This document shows, one piece after another, positions 47,933 to 57,303 of a stretch of 64,000 nucleotides of DNA. The DNA lies in IMG/VR virus record IMGVR_UViG_3300030380_004460; one strand, given 5' to 3'. The translations under genes and the position numbers were made by a program. Each line of letters starts with the position of its first letter. The stretch's first letter is position 1. The DNA comes from an uncultured virus (IMG/VR IMGVR_UViG_3300030380_004460). Its lineage: Duplodnaviria; Heunggongvirae; Uroviricota; Caudoviricetes. The notes beneath the pieces are model-generated. The model was given only the letters and a program-made list of their open reading frames with translations, had not been told where the DNA came from and did not search any database.

Positions 47933-48082
47933 TTACCTCTTTCTTTTAGTTGTTTTGCGTTTTTTCTTCCCAGCAGTTCTGTACGCAATTGCTGCTGCTT
48001 GTTTAGGTTTATATCCTTCTTTCCTAAGTTTCCGGATATTTTTACTAATCGTCTTTTGTGTCTTTCCCTTCTTCAGTGGCAT
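47933..48082 (-). CDS. Small basic protein (MPLKKG.. family)
   Basis: MPLKKGKTQKTISKNIRKLRKEGYKPKQAAAIAY; GGAGG RBS before the ATG at 48082. Confidence 0.75.
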   Translation of the reverse strand: MPLKKGKTQKTISKNIRKLRKEGYKPKQAAAIAYRTAGKKKRKTTKRKR

Positions 48083-48353
48083 CTGCATCCTCCTGTAAGT
48101 CCACAAGGAACTTTTGCCATTTATCTTCAAGCTCGTTATCTTCAACGAAGTCACCAAACACTTTATTGTTTGCTTCAATTGCATTTTGTAACTGTATGTG
48201 TGACTGTTCTACCTGTGTAAGTCTGTCGCCCATACCTTTCAATTGTGCAATCAAAAAGTTCATATTACTAAACACTAATGTTTCGTCGTTTCCTTCTTGG
48301 AAACCAGCTATCCATTTTTCAAGTTCTTCTATTCTGTCCTCTACTTTTGTCAT
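48045..48353 (-). CDS. Acidic coiled-coil protein
   Basis: 102 aa; AGGAG RBS. Confidence 0.7.
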   Translation of the reverse strand: MTKVEDRIEELEKWIAGFQEGNDETLVFSNMNFLIAQLKGMGDRLTQVEQSHIQLQNAIEANNKVFGDFVEDNELEDKWQKFLVDLQEDADATEEGKDTKDD

Positions 48354-48367
48354 TGTTAACTCCTATG

Positions 48368-49423
48368 TTAGCAGCACGAGTTGCTGGAACATACTTTTAG
48401 TTCTATTAATCTATCCTTTGAATATCTATTTATACCTTTCGCTGCGAGGTTCTTTATATGCATACCAGCTCTGTTGTCGTCGGTATACCAACCCCAGTCT
48501 CCGGCGGGTTCATTATATATACATCTAAATATAAAGGCAACGTCATCTTGTTTCCACCCTGCATTCAATAATTCTGTCGAAATAATGTTGTTCTGTGTGT
48601 GTGATGAATGACCAGAATCTATACACTTGTTTAACATTTTCATAATACATTTGCGTGGTTCTAGTCTATACATATTAGGTACATAACCAGTTGTGGGTTG
48701 AAAACCTTCAGACTTATTGATTTCATTAATTAAATAATCTTCACTATTAGATGGTGTATATCTTATTCCTAATCTATCACAAACAAAAAACAATAATTCT
48801 TTTGTAATTGTTGTATTTTTTCTTCTATCTACATCAAGTTGAACGTATTCTTTAGTTGACATTTCTTCTATTTCTTCCATAGTCTTATCTAAATCATTAA
48901 CTGATATTTCAATACATTTTCTTCCAGTAGGTTCGTATGTTTGTTTGTCAAGGTATTGACTACCCGGCATCCTACGCATACAAGATACACTGTTACCTAT
49001 ACAATGTTCATCTAGTGTTGTAAGTGTATATTTCTTTTTAAGATGCATAAGAAAGTCTCTGATTGATTGTCTTTTTACTGATACTGGTAAATCTACTGGT
49101 TTTGGAAAATCAATGTTTAACTGAAATCCTCTACCACCTGTATAGTATATTCTAGGTTCTAAACCTCTAGGTTTACAAAATCTATTGTAAAGTTTTTTCA
49201 CATCCTTCAAACACTTGTTTACATCTTTGTTATGGTCAAAATCAAACCATATAGTGTTTATAACTGCACTATCGTAATTTACCTTTTTACCTTCTAGCCC
49301 TGTAAATGTGTATACACTAACATAACAATTACGTTTACCGTTGAATTCGTCTAATGATGTTAGTAAATCTAACACTGTTTCGCAACGTCTTATTCTGGCT
49401 GGGATTCCAAACTCTCTGAACAT
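48368..49423 (-). CDS. Archaeo-eukaryotic primase, PriS fused to a PriL-CTD/PriX-like domain
   Basis: Motif I WFDFD, motif II TGGRGFQL, motif III LD..RRMPGS; C-terminal PRKCI..GH..H plus Cys cluster. Confidence 0.8.
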   Translation of the reverse strand: MFREFGIPARIRRCETVLDLLTSLDEFNGKRNCYVSVYTFTGLEGKKVNYDSAVINTIWFDFDHNKDVNKCLKDVKKLYNRFCKPRGLEPRIYYTGGRGFQLNIDFPKPVDLPVSVKRQSIRDFLMHLKKKYTLTTLDEHCIGNSVSCMRRMPGSQYLDKQTYEPTGRKCIEISVNDLDKTMEEIEEMSTKEYVQLDVDRRKNTTITKELLFFVCDRLGIRYTPSNSEDYLINEINKSEGFQPTTGYVPNMYRLEPRKCIMKMLNKCIDSGHSSHTQNNIISTELLNAGWKQDDVAFIFRCIYNEPAGDWGWYTDDNRAGMHIKNLAAKGINRYSKDRLIELKVCSSNSCC

Positions 49424-49674
49424 AACTCTTCCATTTCAATCACCCAAGAAGTAGGGATGCATATAAAATCTACGCCATCATAATCTGTATAATGGTATGT
49501 AACTATTATAGCTCTCTCATCTTGTGCTACTACCTCACCTACTGTTTCACAGTAACATAAGTGTTCACTTGGGTCCTCTACATTTATTTTTTTCATTCTC
49601 GTTTCATTTGTGGCATCTAACCACTTAACTTTCATCAATGGTCCGTATTTACCTAGCATCTTTCCATTCCTCAA
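49390..49674 (-). CDS. Small beta-barrel hypothetical (V.W.DA..G..IP family)
   Basis: VKWLDA..TVGEVV..IPTSWV pattern, common in viruses. Confidence 0.65.
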   Translation of the reverse strand: MRNGKMLGKYGPLMKVKWLDATNETRMKKINVEDPSEHLCYCETVGEVVAQDERAIIVTYHYTDYDGVDFICIPTSWVIEMEELCSESLESQPE

Positions 49675-49987
49675 ACAGTTCAGCTACTGTATATAGGTCA
49701 TCACTGTGTGTATAATACTTACAACTGGATGGTGTTTCATCTACAAATATTGCTTTCCTAGGTCTATCAAACAACAATCTGTCATATGGTATTTGATGTA
49801 CTTCTAACCACTGTTCTGTTTTTAACTTAGTTTCTAAATCGTTAAGTCTAGTAGACCATATTGTAATATGATGTCCTTGTTTCTTCAACCACTGCATAAA
49901 TTCAGTAACATTAGCTATAGGCCTTGACGCATTTATATCTGCGTGAGGTGTGCATATTACATCATCCATACCAAAGACTAAATTCAA
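49649..49987 (-). CDS. Capless HAD-family phosphatase-like protein, degenerate motif I
   Basis: VFGMDDVIC, GHHITIWSTR, TEQWL..IPYD.L.F.RP..FVDE. Confidence 0.7.
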   Translation of the reverse strand: MNLVFGMDDVICTPHADINASRPIANVTEFMQWLKKQGHHITIWSTRLNDLETKLKTEQWLEVHQIPYDRLLFDRPRKAIFVDETPSSCKYYTHSDDLYTVAELFEEWKDAR

Positions 49988-51342
49988 ACTTTCACCGTTT
50001 TCAACCAGTTAGTCCATTTAGGAGCAATAGAGTTATTCCAATCGTAGTGTTTTACTGCATATGCTCTTGCATTTTTACTGTGTTCTTCTAATACATCTCG
50101 ATTTTTATAATAGTGCTCGAACGCTTTAGCTGCTGCGTGTTCATCCCACATTGCTCGCATAGGCGCTGCTCTGATAGGAGTGTCCCACATCAAATCTTTG
50201 TAAGGCACTAAGAATCCTCTGTCTGATTCTATTAAGTTATCATCACCCTCTAAACCGTGCGGTAATAACATTTCTTCTGGGCATTCTGGTTTGTCTGCAC
50301 CTACAATTTCGTAACTTGTAGTATAATTACATATTACGTTAGGTTTACCACAAGCCATTGCTTCTACTGTAGGTATACCAAATCCTTCACCACCTGTTGG
50401 TAATGCGTGAATATCCATCATATTATAGATATCTACCATACCTTTGTCGTCAGGGTGTTCGCCATTTTCCATATTACCCATAGTTGGTGGTATCATATAA
50501 TCTTCAATACCATATACATTTTTAGCCATATGTTCTATTCTCCATCCCATATGGTCATTCCAATCCATATGTAGCAGTAACCTAGTGTCGTCAGGTGTCA
50601 AATTATTTTTTTCAACAAACAGTTTAAAAGACCTCATCAATCGTGGTATGTTCTTTCTGTGTTGATTTCTTGCCACGCACCCCACTACAAATGCGTCATT
50701 AGGTCTTGGTGCATCTATTGGTTTAAAAAAGTCGGTGTCTACACCGTGCGATATTACCGTAGATTTATAACCATCAAAATCAAACTCTAATACTTTCTGC
50801 CCATAATAAGACATAGCAATAGGATAGTCGACATCTTTTATTGTGTCATACCAGTGTGGCATAGACGGTTGACCATCTATAGGTATTATAGAAGCAACCT
50901 TGTATTTACCTTTACCACCCATCTTGAATGCTTTTCTAGCTAACTTAACAAAGTCTGCTCTAGTTAACTTTTTACCATCATTATCTTCAAATGGTATACT
51001 TACTGCACTTGTCTTCTTAGACTCTGTAACATATGCAAACATTTGTATATCTAAGTGTGTAAATATTAAATCTGGTTCAAACCCTTGCAACCAGTTAGGA
51101 AACGATTTTTCTCCAAACCTTTCTTGGCCCGGATATATCAAGGGTAATAATTCAAAAGAAACTGTTTTTTCTTCTTGACCAAGTGGCCAAGGAGTCTTCC
51201 ACTCTGGAGTATGCTCTGTGTTTTGACATCCAGCATATCCAATCTCGTGTCCTTCAGATGCAAAAATACTTGCTATGTTTCTTGTGTTAGTTCCAAACCC
51301 TGTGGGAGCCATAGGGCTGTCAGAAATAGGCATTATCTTCAT
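49984..51342 (-). CDS. GT-B (GT4-like) glycosyltransferase
   Basis: SDSP..PTGFG, HGVDT..F.P, RNQ.RK, EGFGIPTVEAMACG. Confidence 0.9.
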   Translation of the reverse strand: MKIMPISDSPMAPTGFGTNTRNIASIFASEGHEIGYAGCQNTEHTPEWKTPWPLGQEEKTVSFELLPLIYPGQERFGEKSFPNWLQGFEPDLIFTHLDIQMFAYVTESKKTSAVSIPFEDNDGKKLTRADFVKLARKAFKMGGKGKYKVASIIPIDGQPSMPHWYDTIKDVDYPIAMSYYGQKVLEFDFDGYKSTVISHGVDTDFFKPIDAPRPNDAFVVGCVARNQHRKNIPRLMRSFKLFVEKNNLTPDDTRLLLHMDWNDHMGWRIEHMAKNVYGIEDYMIPPTMGNMENGEHPDDKGMVDIYNMMDIHALPTGGEGFGIPTVEAMACGKPNVICNYTTSYEIVGADKPECPEEMLLPHGLEGDDNLIESDRGFLVPYKDLMWDTPIRAAPMRAMWDEHAAAKAFEHYYKNRDVLEEHSKNARAYAVKHYDWNNSIAPKWTNWLKTVKV

Positions 51343-51350
51343 TCATTACC

Positions 51351-51545
51351 TCACTGCTTTATAGCTATAACGTCGTTCTTACTTACTATAACTGTACCTT
51401 TTTCTCCAGTCAAATAAATAAAATTATCATCGTCATTCACTATACGTCCACGTCCGACTTTTGTCTTATCCTCTTCTCGCCATACGACCTTTACTTCTGC
51501 GTCTTTTAAGAAAGATGCCAGTTTTTTATCATTATCAGTTTCCAT
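51351..51545 (-). CDS. Sm/Hfq-like fold protein
   Basis: VKVVW..GRI..DDNFIYL..VIVSKNDVIAI follows the Sm1/Sm2 strand pattern; GAGGTGG RBS. Confidence 0.55.
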   Translation of the reverse strand: METDNDKKLASFLKDAEVKVVWREEDKTKVGRGRIVNDDDNFIYLTGEKGTVIVSKNDVIAIKQ

Positions 51546-51574
51546 TTGATACCACCTCGGTATACATAAATATA

Positions 51575-52015
51575 CTAATCCATCGTATTTAAAGGTTCTG
51601 CTGTCTTAAATTGATGCAGCGGAATAAATGCATAATGATTTAACTCTACTGCTCCTCTGTCAGTTCTAGCGTTGTAACCTAACTTAAAATCAGCATTAGA
51701 CATATCTAAGTAACATATACCATTTGTAAAAGATATTACAAAAAATACTTTGTTACCCATACCAATCAATTCTATTGCCTTTGCAACTTTAGATGCTGGC
51801 ACTATAGTTTCTTCATATGCGTCTTTAGATATTCTTCTTGACTTGATTTCGACATAACACTGTTTGCCATTTCTATATCCAAGATAATCAAAGTGGTCAA
51901 ACTTTCCCAGCTTTTCAAATCCTTTCCCTAACTCATCACCAATATGTTTGATGACCATTTTTTCACGACCAATTCCCCAGTCGTAATCTTTCTTTACGTT
52001 TACTCTTTTTTTCAC
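51575..52015 (-). CDS. PD-(D/E)XK nuclease
   Basis: G..RE, FDHFDY, YVEIKSR; start moved to the GTG after GGTGA. Confidence 0.75.
   Translation of the reverse strand: MKKRVNVKKDYDWGIGREKMVIKHIGDELGKGFEKLGKFDHFDYLGYRNGKQCYVEIKSRRISKDAYEETIVPASKVAKAIELIGMGNKVFFVISFTNGICYLDMSNADFKLGYNARTDRGAVELNHYAFIPLHQFKTAEPLNTMD
51586..51600 (-). promoter_or_regulatory. Late-type promoter inside the replication arm
   Basis: CAGAACCTTTAAATA shares AACCTTTAAATA with the tail-operon promoter. Confidence 0.6.
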
Positions 52016-52095
52016 GATATCACCACTACAAACCCAAAAAATATAGCTATAATAAAAGCTATCAATAACATCCATTCTGCTTCATTTAGAAACAT
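52012..52095 (-). CDS. 27 aa membrane peptide
   Basis: MFLNEAEWMLLIAFIIAIFFGFVVVIS; GTGA overlap with the downstream gene. Confidence 0.5.
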   Translation of the reverse strand: MFLNEAEWMLLIAFIIAIFFGFVVVIS

Positions 52096-52237
52096 ATTTA
52101 TCTACTTCCCCCCAATCTGTGACGTGACATTCAGGACATCCCCATCCATTAAGGATACCAAAAGCACCTTCATACTTTTTCTTAAACATTACACAGTTAC
52201 ACGTTTTACAGACTGGAATAGCTTTTATTTTTTTCAT
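52082..52237 (-). CDS. Zn-ribbon micro-protein
   Basis: CKTC..CPEC; ATGA-coupled to polB. Confidence 0.6.
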   Translation of the reverse strand: MKKIKAIPVCKTCNCVMFKKKYEGAFGILNGWGCPECHVTDWGEVDKYVSK

Positions 52238-54462
52238 ACAAACTCCAATAAACTCTTTTGATTTCGGTCTACAACTGTTAGGTTTGGCTTCTTTCGAACC
52301 CAAGAGTCTAAACTAAACTTTTTCAAAAGGTTGTTAATAATATCCCAGTGATACTTTATATCTATTTCGCCGAGAGACTCAACAGTTTCTTCTACTTTGT
52401 AACCTTCTTTAGTTTTGTAGTAATAGAATGTAGTGCCGGGTCCTGTACGCATACCAAGTTGTTTACCTTGTTTAGCAAGTTGTACTATCAAATCATTTTC
52501 ACCAACATAATCTTCTATGTTTCTATTCATAGCTCTAGTCTGTAAAAAGTCTTCAAGAACAAAGTTATCAAAGTCATACAAATCCTCTACAAAGTCAGCG
52601 TTAACAACGTTGTCTAACCGTGCCATTGTTATCTTTTTAAGCACCTTCAAGTAAAACGGTGACCTTGTTTTTGCCTTGAAAGTAGAACCGTGTTTAGTTA
52701 AACTACCGTCTTCATTTCGTAATACATAGTTACCTATCTGTAACCACACACCCTCTTTGAAAACATCTTTATCTACTCTAACCCATTCCGGTTCACTACC
52801 TGTAAAAAAGCTTTCAACACCTTTCTGTAATTGTTTGTTAATCCAATCTGTATCTATATCTTTGTTTGTATTGATACCGTCAGTGTGTATGTACACAACT
52901 GAGTTTTCACCATACTTCATTTCAATAAGTTTCTTTGCTCCCATTATCAACCAACGAGCAACTCCGGTGATTGCAATACCTACAGATATATCTCCATATG
53001 TCATATACGGATTAGTATTAGCACCGTAGAATGTATTGACCATAATCTTAATACCGTTCGATTTACTCTTAGCTTCGTGAGTCTTTAGTTTCTTAAATGG
53101 TTTACGTATGTTGTTAAAGTTCTTACACATAGTATACAAACCAGATTTAAATGACTGGTCTACTCTTATAATTACATTTTTATTGATAACGTTATCTGGT
53201 ATAGTAAGATACATAGCATTCTGTTTAAATGTACAATTAAACGCACTGATGTCATAATCTTCATATCCTTCTATTGTGGTAGTATCAGGGCCTAAATTTA
53301 AAGTCATAGCAATACTAGGATACATAGATGCAAAATCTACTTTGTAGTTTTCTTTATGAAAACCCGGCAGATACAAGTCTATATGTGCTGCTTGAAAACT
53401 TTTATTCTCTGGATATCTATCTATATTTTTATCTATGGTTAATATATTCTTTTTATATAAATCTCTACCTTGCAATATTTTAGTTATAAACGAATCTGCT
53501 GAGTTTATATACAACTCCAACGGAACTCCTAATGTCTCAGCAATATAACAGTGTTGTACAAAGTAGTGTTCAAACAACCATTTAGTAATATCACAGTCGC
53601 TCAACACATACTCATTAACTGTTTCTATATCGTAATCAAGAATGTCTTTTTCACTAAAATCTAACTCAATAGGGTCGTGACCATAAAATCTTGCAACATC
53701 TTTTAATCTCTTTCGAATACCCGCTAATGCGTAGTCCCTACTTGTAAAGTTGTAAACATCAATAATAACTCTACCCCACGTTTGTATTCTTGTTTTCTTG
53801 TGATAAGAAAAGTCAGTCTCCCATCCGAATGATGAGTTGTTCTCTCTATTCAACTTAGGTTTTAAGTTGATACCGTGTTTACCAGCTCGAGCAAACAGTT
53901 GTGGGATATCGTATCCAATCAAGTTGTAACCATATAATATATCTGGGTCGTAATCGTTGATGAAGTCAGCAAACTTTTCTATTATCTCTTTATCACTTTC
54001 ACCGTCCCATAGTAATGATTCTCTATGTCCATCGCTTGTGACGTATCCTATAGCTACGATTGGGTGTTTATCACCTAACGGAAACGAACCATCAGCAGAC
54101 GTTACTTCTAAATCAAACCCTAAAGACTTAACATTTTCTTGAGGGTATCCATTGAAAAATTCAGGTTTCTCAATGCAAATCCTCTCTATCTCGTTGTTTG
54201 TAACACCATCTAACTTAGCGTATGACGGTATTGTCTCAGGATGTAACTCTTTCGCATTGTTAACATACTTCTTTGTGTACTTTCTATTCTCGTGGCCTAA
54301 AACTTTGTACTCTTCTCCATCTTTATCAGGTATGTAATAATGATGGTCTCTTGGTGACTTGACTATTCTTTTTTCGCCGTTAACCCAAACAATAATTTGT
54401 TGTTCTCCCGTCATTCTGTTGACGGTATGATTGCTACTCATAGCAATCAAAGGTATTTTCAT
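52234..54462 (-). CDS. polB: Family B DNA polymerase with 3'-5' exonuclease
   Basis: ExoI FDLE, ExoII YN..GYD, ExoIII Y..SD; polymerase motifs DFASMYPS, KIMVNTFYG, YIHTDG. Confidence 0.95.
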   Translation of the reverse strand: MKIPLIAMSSNHTVNRMTGEQQIIVWVNGEKRIVKSPRDHHYYIPDKDGEEYKVLGHENRKYTKKYVNNAKELHPETIPSYAKLDGVTNNEIERICIEKPEFFNGYPQENVKSLGFDLEVTSADGSFPLGDKHPIVAIGYVTSDGHRESLLWDGESDKEIIEKFADFINDYDPDILYGYNLIGYDIPQLFARAGKHGINLKPKLNRENNSSFGWETDFSYHKKTRIQTWGRVIIDVYNFTSRDYALAGIRKRLKDVARFYGHDPIELDFSEKDILDYDIETVNEYVLSDCDITKWLFEHYFVQHCYIAETLGVPLELYINSADSFITKILQGRDLYKKNILTIDKNIDRYPENKSFQAAHIDLYLPGFHKENYKVDFASMYPSIAMTLNLGPDTTTIEGYEDYDISAFNCTFKQNAMYLTIPDNVINKNVIIRVDQSFKSGLYTMCKNFNNIRKPFKKLKTHEAKSKSNGIKIMVNTFYGANTNPYMTYGDISVGIAITGVARWLIMGAKKLIEMKYGENSVVYIHTDGINTNKDIDTDWINKQLQKGVESFFTGSEPEWVRVDKDVFKEGVWLQIGNYVLRNEDGSLTKHGSTFKAKTRSPFYLKVLKKITMARLDNVVNADFVEDLYDFDNFVLEDFLQTRAMNRNIEDYVGENDLIVQLAKQGKQLGMRTGPGTTFYYYKTKEGYKVEETVESLGEIDIKYHWDIINNLLKKFSLDSWVRKKPNLTVVDRNQKSLLEFV

Positions 54463-54734
54463 CCTAGCGGCCCCTTACTATTCTGTGGTAAGTCATCATC
54501 ATCTCCGTCTACCGTAGGTAGTATGCTAATTAAATCCACTGCCTCTTCTATACTCAACGACCATACCTTATGCATAATATGTTGTTCTGTAGGTTGCGCT
54601 CCCATAATAACAGGAGCAGTCTCTTCTGCTTTTTTCTTATGATGTATTGCGCATCCTCTCAGCAAATCTAACCACTGTTCTCGGTTTATTGCTTGTCTGT
54701 TCTTTTCTAAATCTTTCATTTCTTCTTCTGTCAT
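54459..54734 (-). CDS. Hypothetical protein
   Basis: 91 aa; ATGA-coupled on both sides. Confidence 0.7.
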   Translation of the reverse strand: MTEEEMKDLEKNRQAINREQWLDLLRGCAIHHKKKAEETAPVIMGAQPTEQHIMHKVWSLSIEEAVDLISILPTVDGDDDDLPQNSKGPLG

Positions 54735-55015
54735 CTCAAAAACTCCGGTACTTTATCTTTTATTCTATTTGCTTGTGTCTTAGTATATCTAAAAACAACG
54801 TCGCCTTTAGTGTCCTCTTGTACAGTCCACTTCTTAACTATCACTAAATCTCCAACTCTCACCCATACTTTCTTTTTCATCTTTCCTACAATACGGCACA
54901 TTCTATTTTTTTCATCTTCACAGATTACTGTTGCTCTAGCTGCGCCATTCATTTCCCTAACCACACCAAACATTTCACCTCTTGGTGCGTAGGGTAGTTT
55001 ATTCATACCAACCAC
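54731..55015 (-). CDS. eif1a: Translation initiation factor aIF-1A/eIF-1A homologue
   Basis: GEMFGVV..M.G....V.C.D...R.CRI.GKMKK.VW.R.GD.VIV..W..Q...GDV..RYT..Q. Confidence 0.9.
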   Translation of the reverse strand: MVGMNKLPYAPRGEMFGVVREMNGAARATVICEDEKNRMCRIVGKMKKKVWVRVGDLVIVKKWTVQEDTKGDVVFRYTKTQANRIKDKVPEFLR

Positions 55016-56378
55016 CGTAGTCTATATCGTCAGTCTTAACTTCTACTGCTGGTAAATCAGCAGCTAAAACGTGTTTTGTATTATCAAATGGGTTAATTAC
55101 TTCAACTTCTGTGCAGTAGTTACGAATGTATTCTTCTGCAATTTCTGGCCAAGTTTGTCTCATCAAATCAGCAGTACCACGCATCAACTCTCCCCAATCA
55201 ATTTTTGTACTTGGTTCTCTTACTAATGCTGACTTAAAGTATGTTATTTTCTTATCTTCTTCTTCTTGTTCTAAAAATCCTAACATAACTAAAGACGTAA
55301 GTAAAGGATTGATGTTCTTCTGAGCAAACGGCAACCCAGCTTGACGTGCAGCTTGTTGTATCTCTTTCTTAGTCATCTTGATTACTTCTGCTGTAACCAT
55401 ACCAAACTTATCTATCTCTGTGTCAGGTATCAGTTTAAGTATATCTGTACCGTGTGATGGCATCTGTAAACATTCTGTCACAAACGTGTCAATGTAAATT
55501 TGTGTTGCTAGCCAATTATGTTTAGGTGTTATCAACCCATACTGCACACCGTCTCTTTCTACTCTAACTAACTCGCCGGGGTAGAATCTAGCAACTGCAT
55601 TGATTAACTTAAGATAGTAATGAACTTTACTTCTAGCTATAGGAAATAATGTTGGTATCAAATCATACAAGAAAGGAGCACAAGGATTTCTTACTTTAAC
55701 ACCCTTACTGTCATCCCTTTCTATAATACAATTAGCAATATGTTTTTTTAGTGCTTCTATCTCTTCATCTTCCATAGTAACTAAATCTTCGTGTGGTTTA
55801 GCAAAAGTATCTAGTTTGTACTTAATAACATCTTCAGTTTGTTTTACTGTAGGATTTGTATGTGTTACCATATACCTACGTTCTAACTCAGCATCTAAGA
55901 ATGCATCACCTCTTTTATTCTCTACTGCCTTACAGACAAACACAAACTTAGGGTGTAACACTTGTTCTCTAACATCTTGTATGGTCACATCAGTTCTCTT
56001 TCTAACTGCTGCCCTATCATCTGCCCACGTTTTTAATATCTCAATAATAGCTTCTGGACATTTCTGTGCTTCAGGTATTGCAAGGAATCTTGATGAATTT
56101 ATTCTATCCATATCATACCACAGTGCTGTTTCAGACATTTGTTCTACAACAGTATATGGTATACCTGTACCTTCTAGTAAGTTAAACACAGCATTCATAA
56201 TAACAGTTTTACCTGTACCACTGTATGCATTAATCATAAAATTAGTGTCTTCTAGTAAGTAAGACAGTGCTGCAGTTACAGCAAGTTTGTCTTCACCTAT
56301 GATAGGGACGTGTTCGCCCTTTTCATTCCTTACGTTATGAAAATACCTAACTAAATCGGTAAGTTCAAACTGGCTCAA
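54999..56378 (-). CDS. AAA+ ATPase, probable MCM-related replicative helicase
   Basis: IIGED, Walker A AYSGTGKT, Walker B-like LAIPE, arginine finger ELERR, C-terminal winged-helix-like segment. Confidence 0.7.
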   Translation of the reverse strand: MSQFELTDLVRYFHNVRNEKGEHVPIIGEDKLAVTAALSYLLEDTNFMINAYSGTGKTVIMNAVFNLLEGTGIPYTVVEQMSETALWYDMDRINSSRFLAIPEAQKCPEAIIEILKTWADDRAAVRKRTDVTIQDVREQVLHPKFVFVCKAVENKRGDAFLDAELERRYMVTHTNPTVKQTEDVIKYKLDTFAKPHEDLVTMEDEEIEALKKHIANCIIERDDSKGVKVRNPCAPFLYDLIPTLFPIARSKVHYYLKLINAVARFYPGELVRVERDGVQYGLITPKHNWLATQIYIDTFVTECLQMPSHGTDILKLIPDTEIDKFGMVTAEVIKMTKKEIQQAARQAGLPFAQKNINPLLTSLVMLGFLEQEEEDKKITYFKSALVREPSTKIDWGELMRGTADLMRQTWPEIAEEYIRNYCTEVEVINPFDNTKHVLAADLPAVEVKTDDIDYGGWYE

Positions 56379-57058
56379 TTCCTAAACTCCTTTGCTTTTT
56401 TCAAGTCAATCACTCCATTTTCTAATAATCTAATCGCAAATTTCTTTGCTTCTTTATCATCAACGTTTGATATCTCTTTAATCTTTAAGAATAAATCAAT
56501 CAAACTGATGGGGTGACCGTCTAAGTCAACCAACTTAATGACTAACTCTTCAGGCACTACCCATCTAAAATCTCTCACTATGTTCTGAAATGCATTTAGC
56601 GGAGAGGGTCTAAATACTTCTTTGACAAACATATCTTCACTGCTTTTCTTGATACTATATCCAGAAACTTTGTTACCTGATAAATTAGTTATCTTAGTTT
56701 TTGATATTTCAAATACTAAATCACAAGGATTAATATTATCATCAAGCAGGTCAGAGAAGATATTCTGTATAAGTGTGTGAGATGAAAGGTTTACACTACT
56801 CATATACTTGATAGTTGAATCTCCACGTTCTATGAATATTCCATATGTGTAGTCATTTACTTTCATTATACCGTTATCACAGTATACACACTTACCAGTT
56901 CTCTCAGCCCAACAGTCTACTCTTTTGTTTTTACTTTGCACATAGTGTTTCACTCTATGCAAAGGATTAACAAACGCAAACTGTGCCAGAGCAGTCATTG
57001 AGTCTTGTAACCAGACTCTCTCGCTTCTGTTAGACTGTATCCAATCACTAAAGCTCAA
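56375..57058 (-). CDS. Probable ssDNA-binding protein (gp32-like, Zn-binding)
   Basis: HY..C..CVYC motif and D.VFEISK..Y; adjacent to the helicase. Confidence 0.5.
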   Translation of the reverse strand: MSFSDWIQSNRSERVWLQDSMTALAQFAFVNPLHRVKHYVQSKNKRVDCWAERTGKCVYCDNGIMKVNDYTYGIFIERGDSTIKYMSSVNLSSHTLIQNIFSDLLDDNINPCDLVFEISKTKITNLSGNKVSGYSIKKSSEDMFVKEVFRPSPLNAFQNIVRDFRWVVPEELVIKLVDLDGHPISLIDLFLKIKEISNVDDKEAKKFAIRLLENGVIDLKKAKEFRN

Positions 57059-57060
57059 TT

Positions 57061-57261
57061 TTAATCTTGAGACTGTTGTTGATTGCCTTTGTCGTATAGT
57101 CTGAAATACGGTTTGTTACTACCTTCTTCCCAGTATGAGTTACGGAACATTACTACTTCTTTACCATCTTTGGTTTTACCGGAGTAGTATATCTCGCCTT
57201 TTTTGCTCTCATTACGGAACAGGCCAACCATTTCTTCCAATTTGTTGTTATTTTGTGGCAT
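57061..57261 (-). CDS. Small DUF736/PC4-like nucleic-acid-binding protein
   Basis: GLF.N.SK.G..YYSG..VMF.N..N.P.FRLY; GGAGGT RBS. Confidence 0.6.
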   Translation of the reverse strand: MPQNNNKLEEMVGLFRNESKKGEIYYSGKTKDGKEVVMFRNSYWEEGSNKPYFRLYDKGNQQQSQD

Positions 57262-57303
57262 TTCTTTACCTCCATTTGGACCAGCTTTACTACTATATAA
57301 AGC

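Noticed and set aside
48083..48184. N-terminal extension of the MPLKKG protein (similarly 52016-52075, 52238-52303, 39068-39091)
   Set aside because: These overlap other genes, and better RBS-linked or coupled starts lie downstream.
43388..54462. Inteins or group I introns in RNR or PolB (terminase also checked)
   Set aside because: Motif spacing and lengths are compact; no LAGLIDADG or HN-C/S junction seen.
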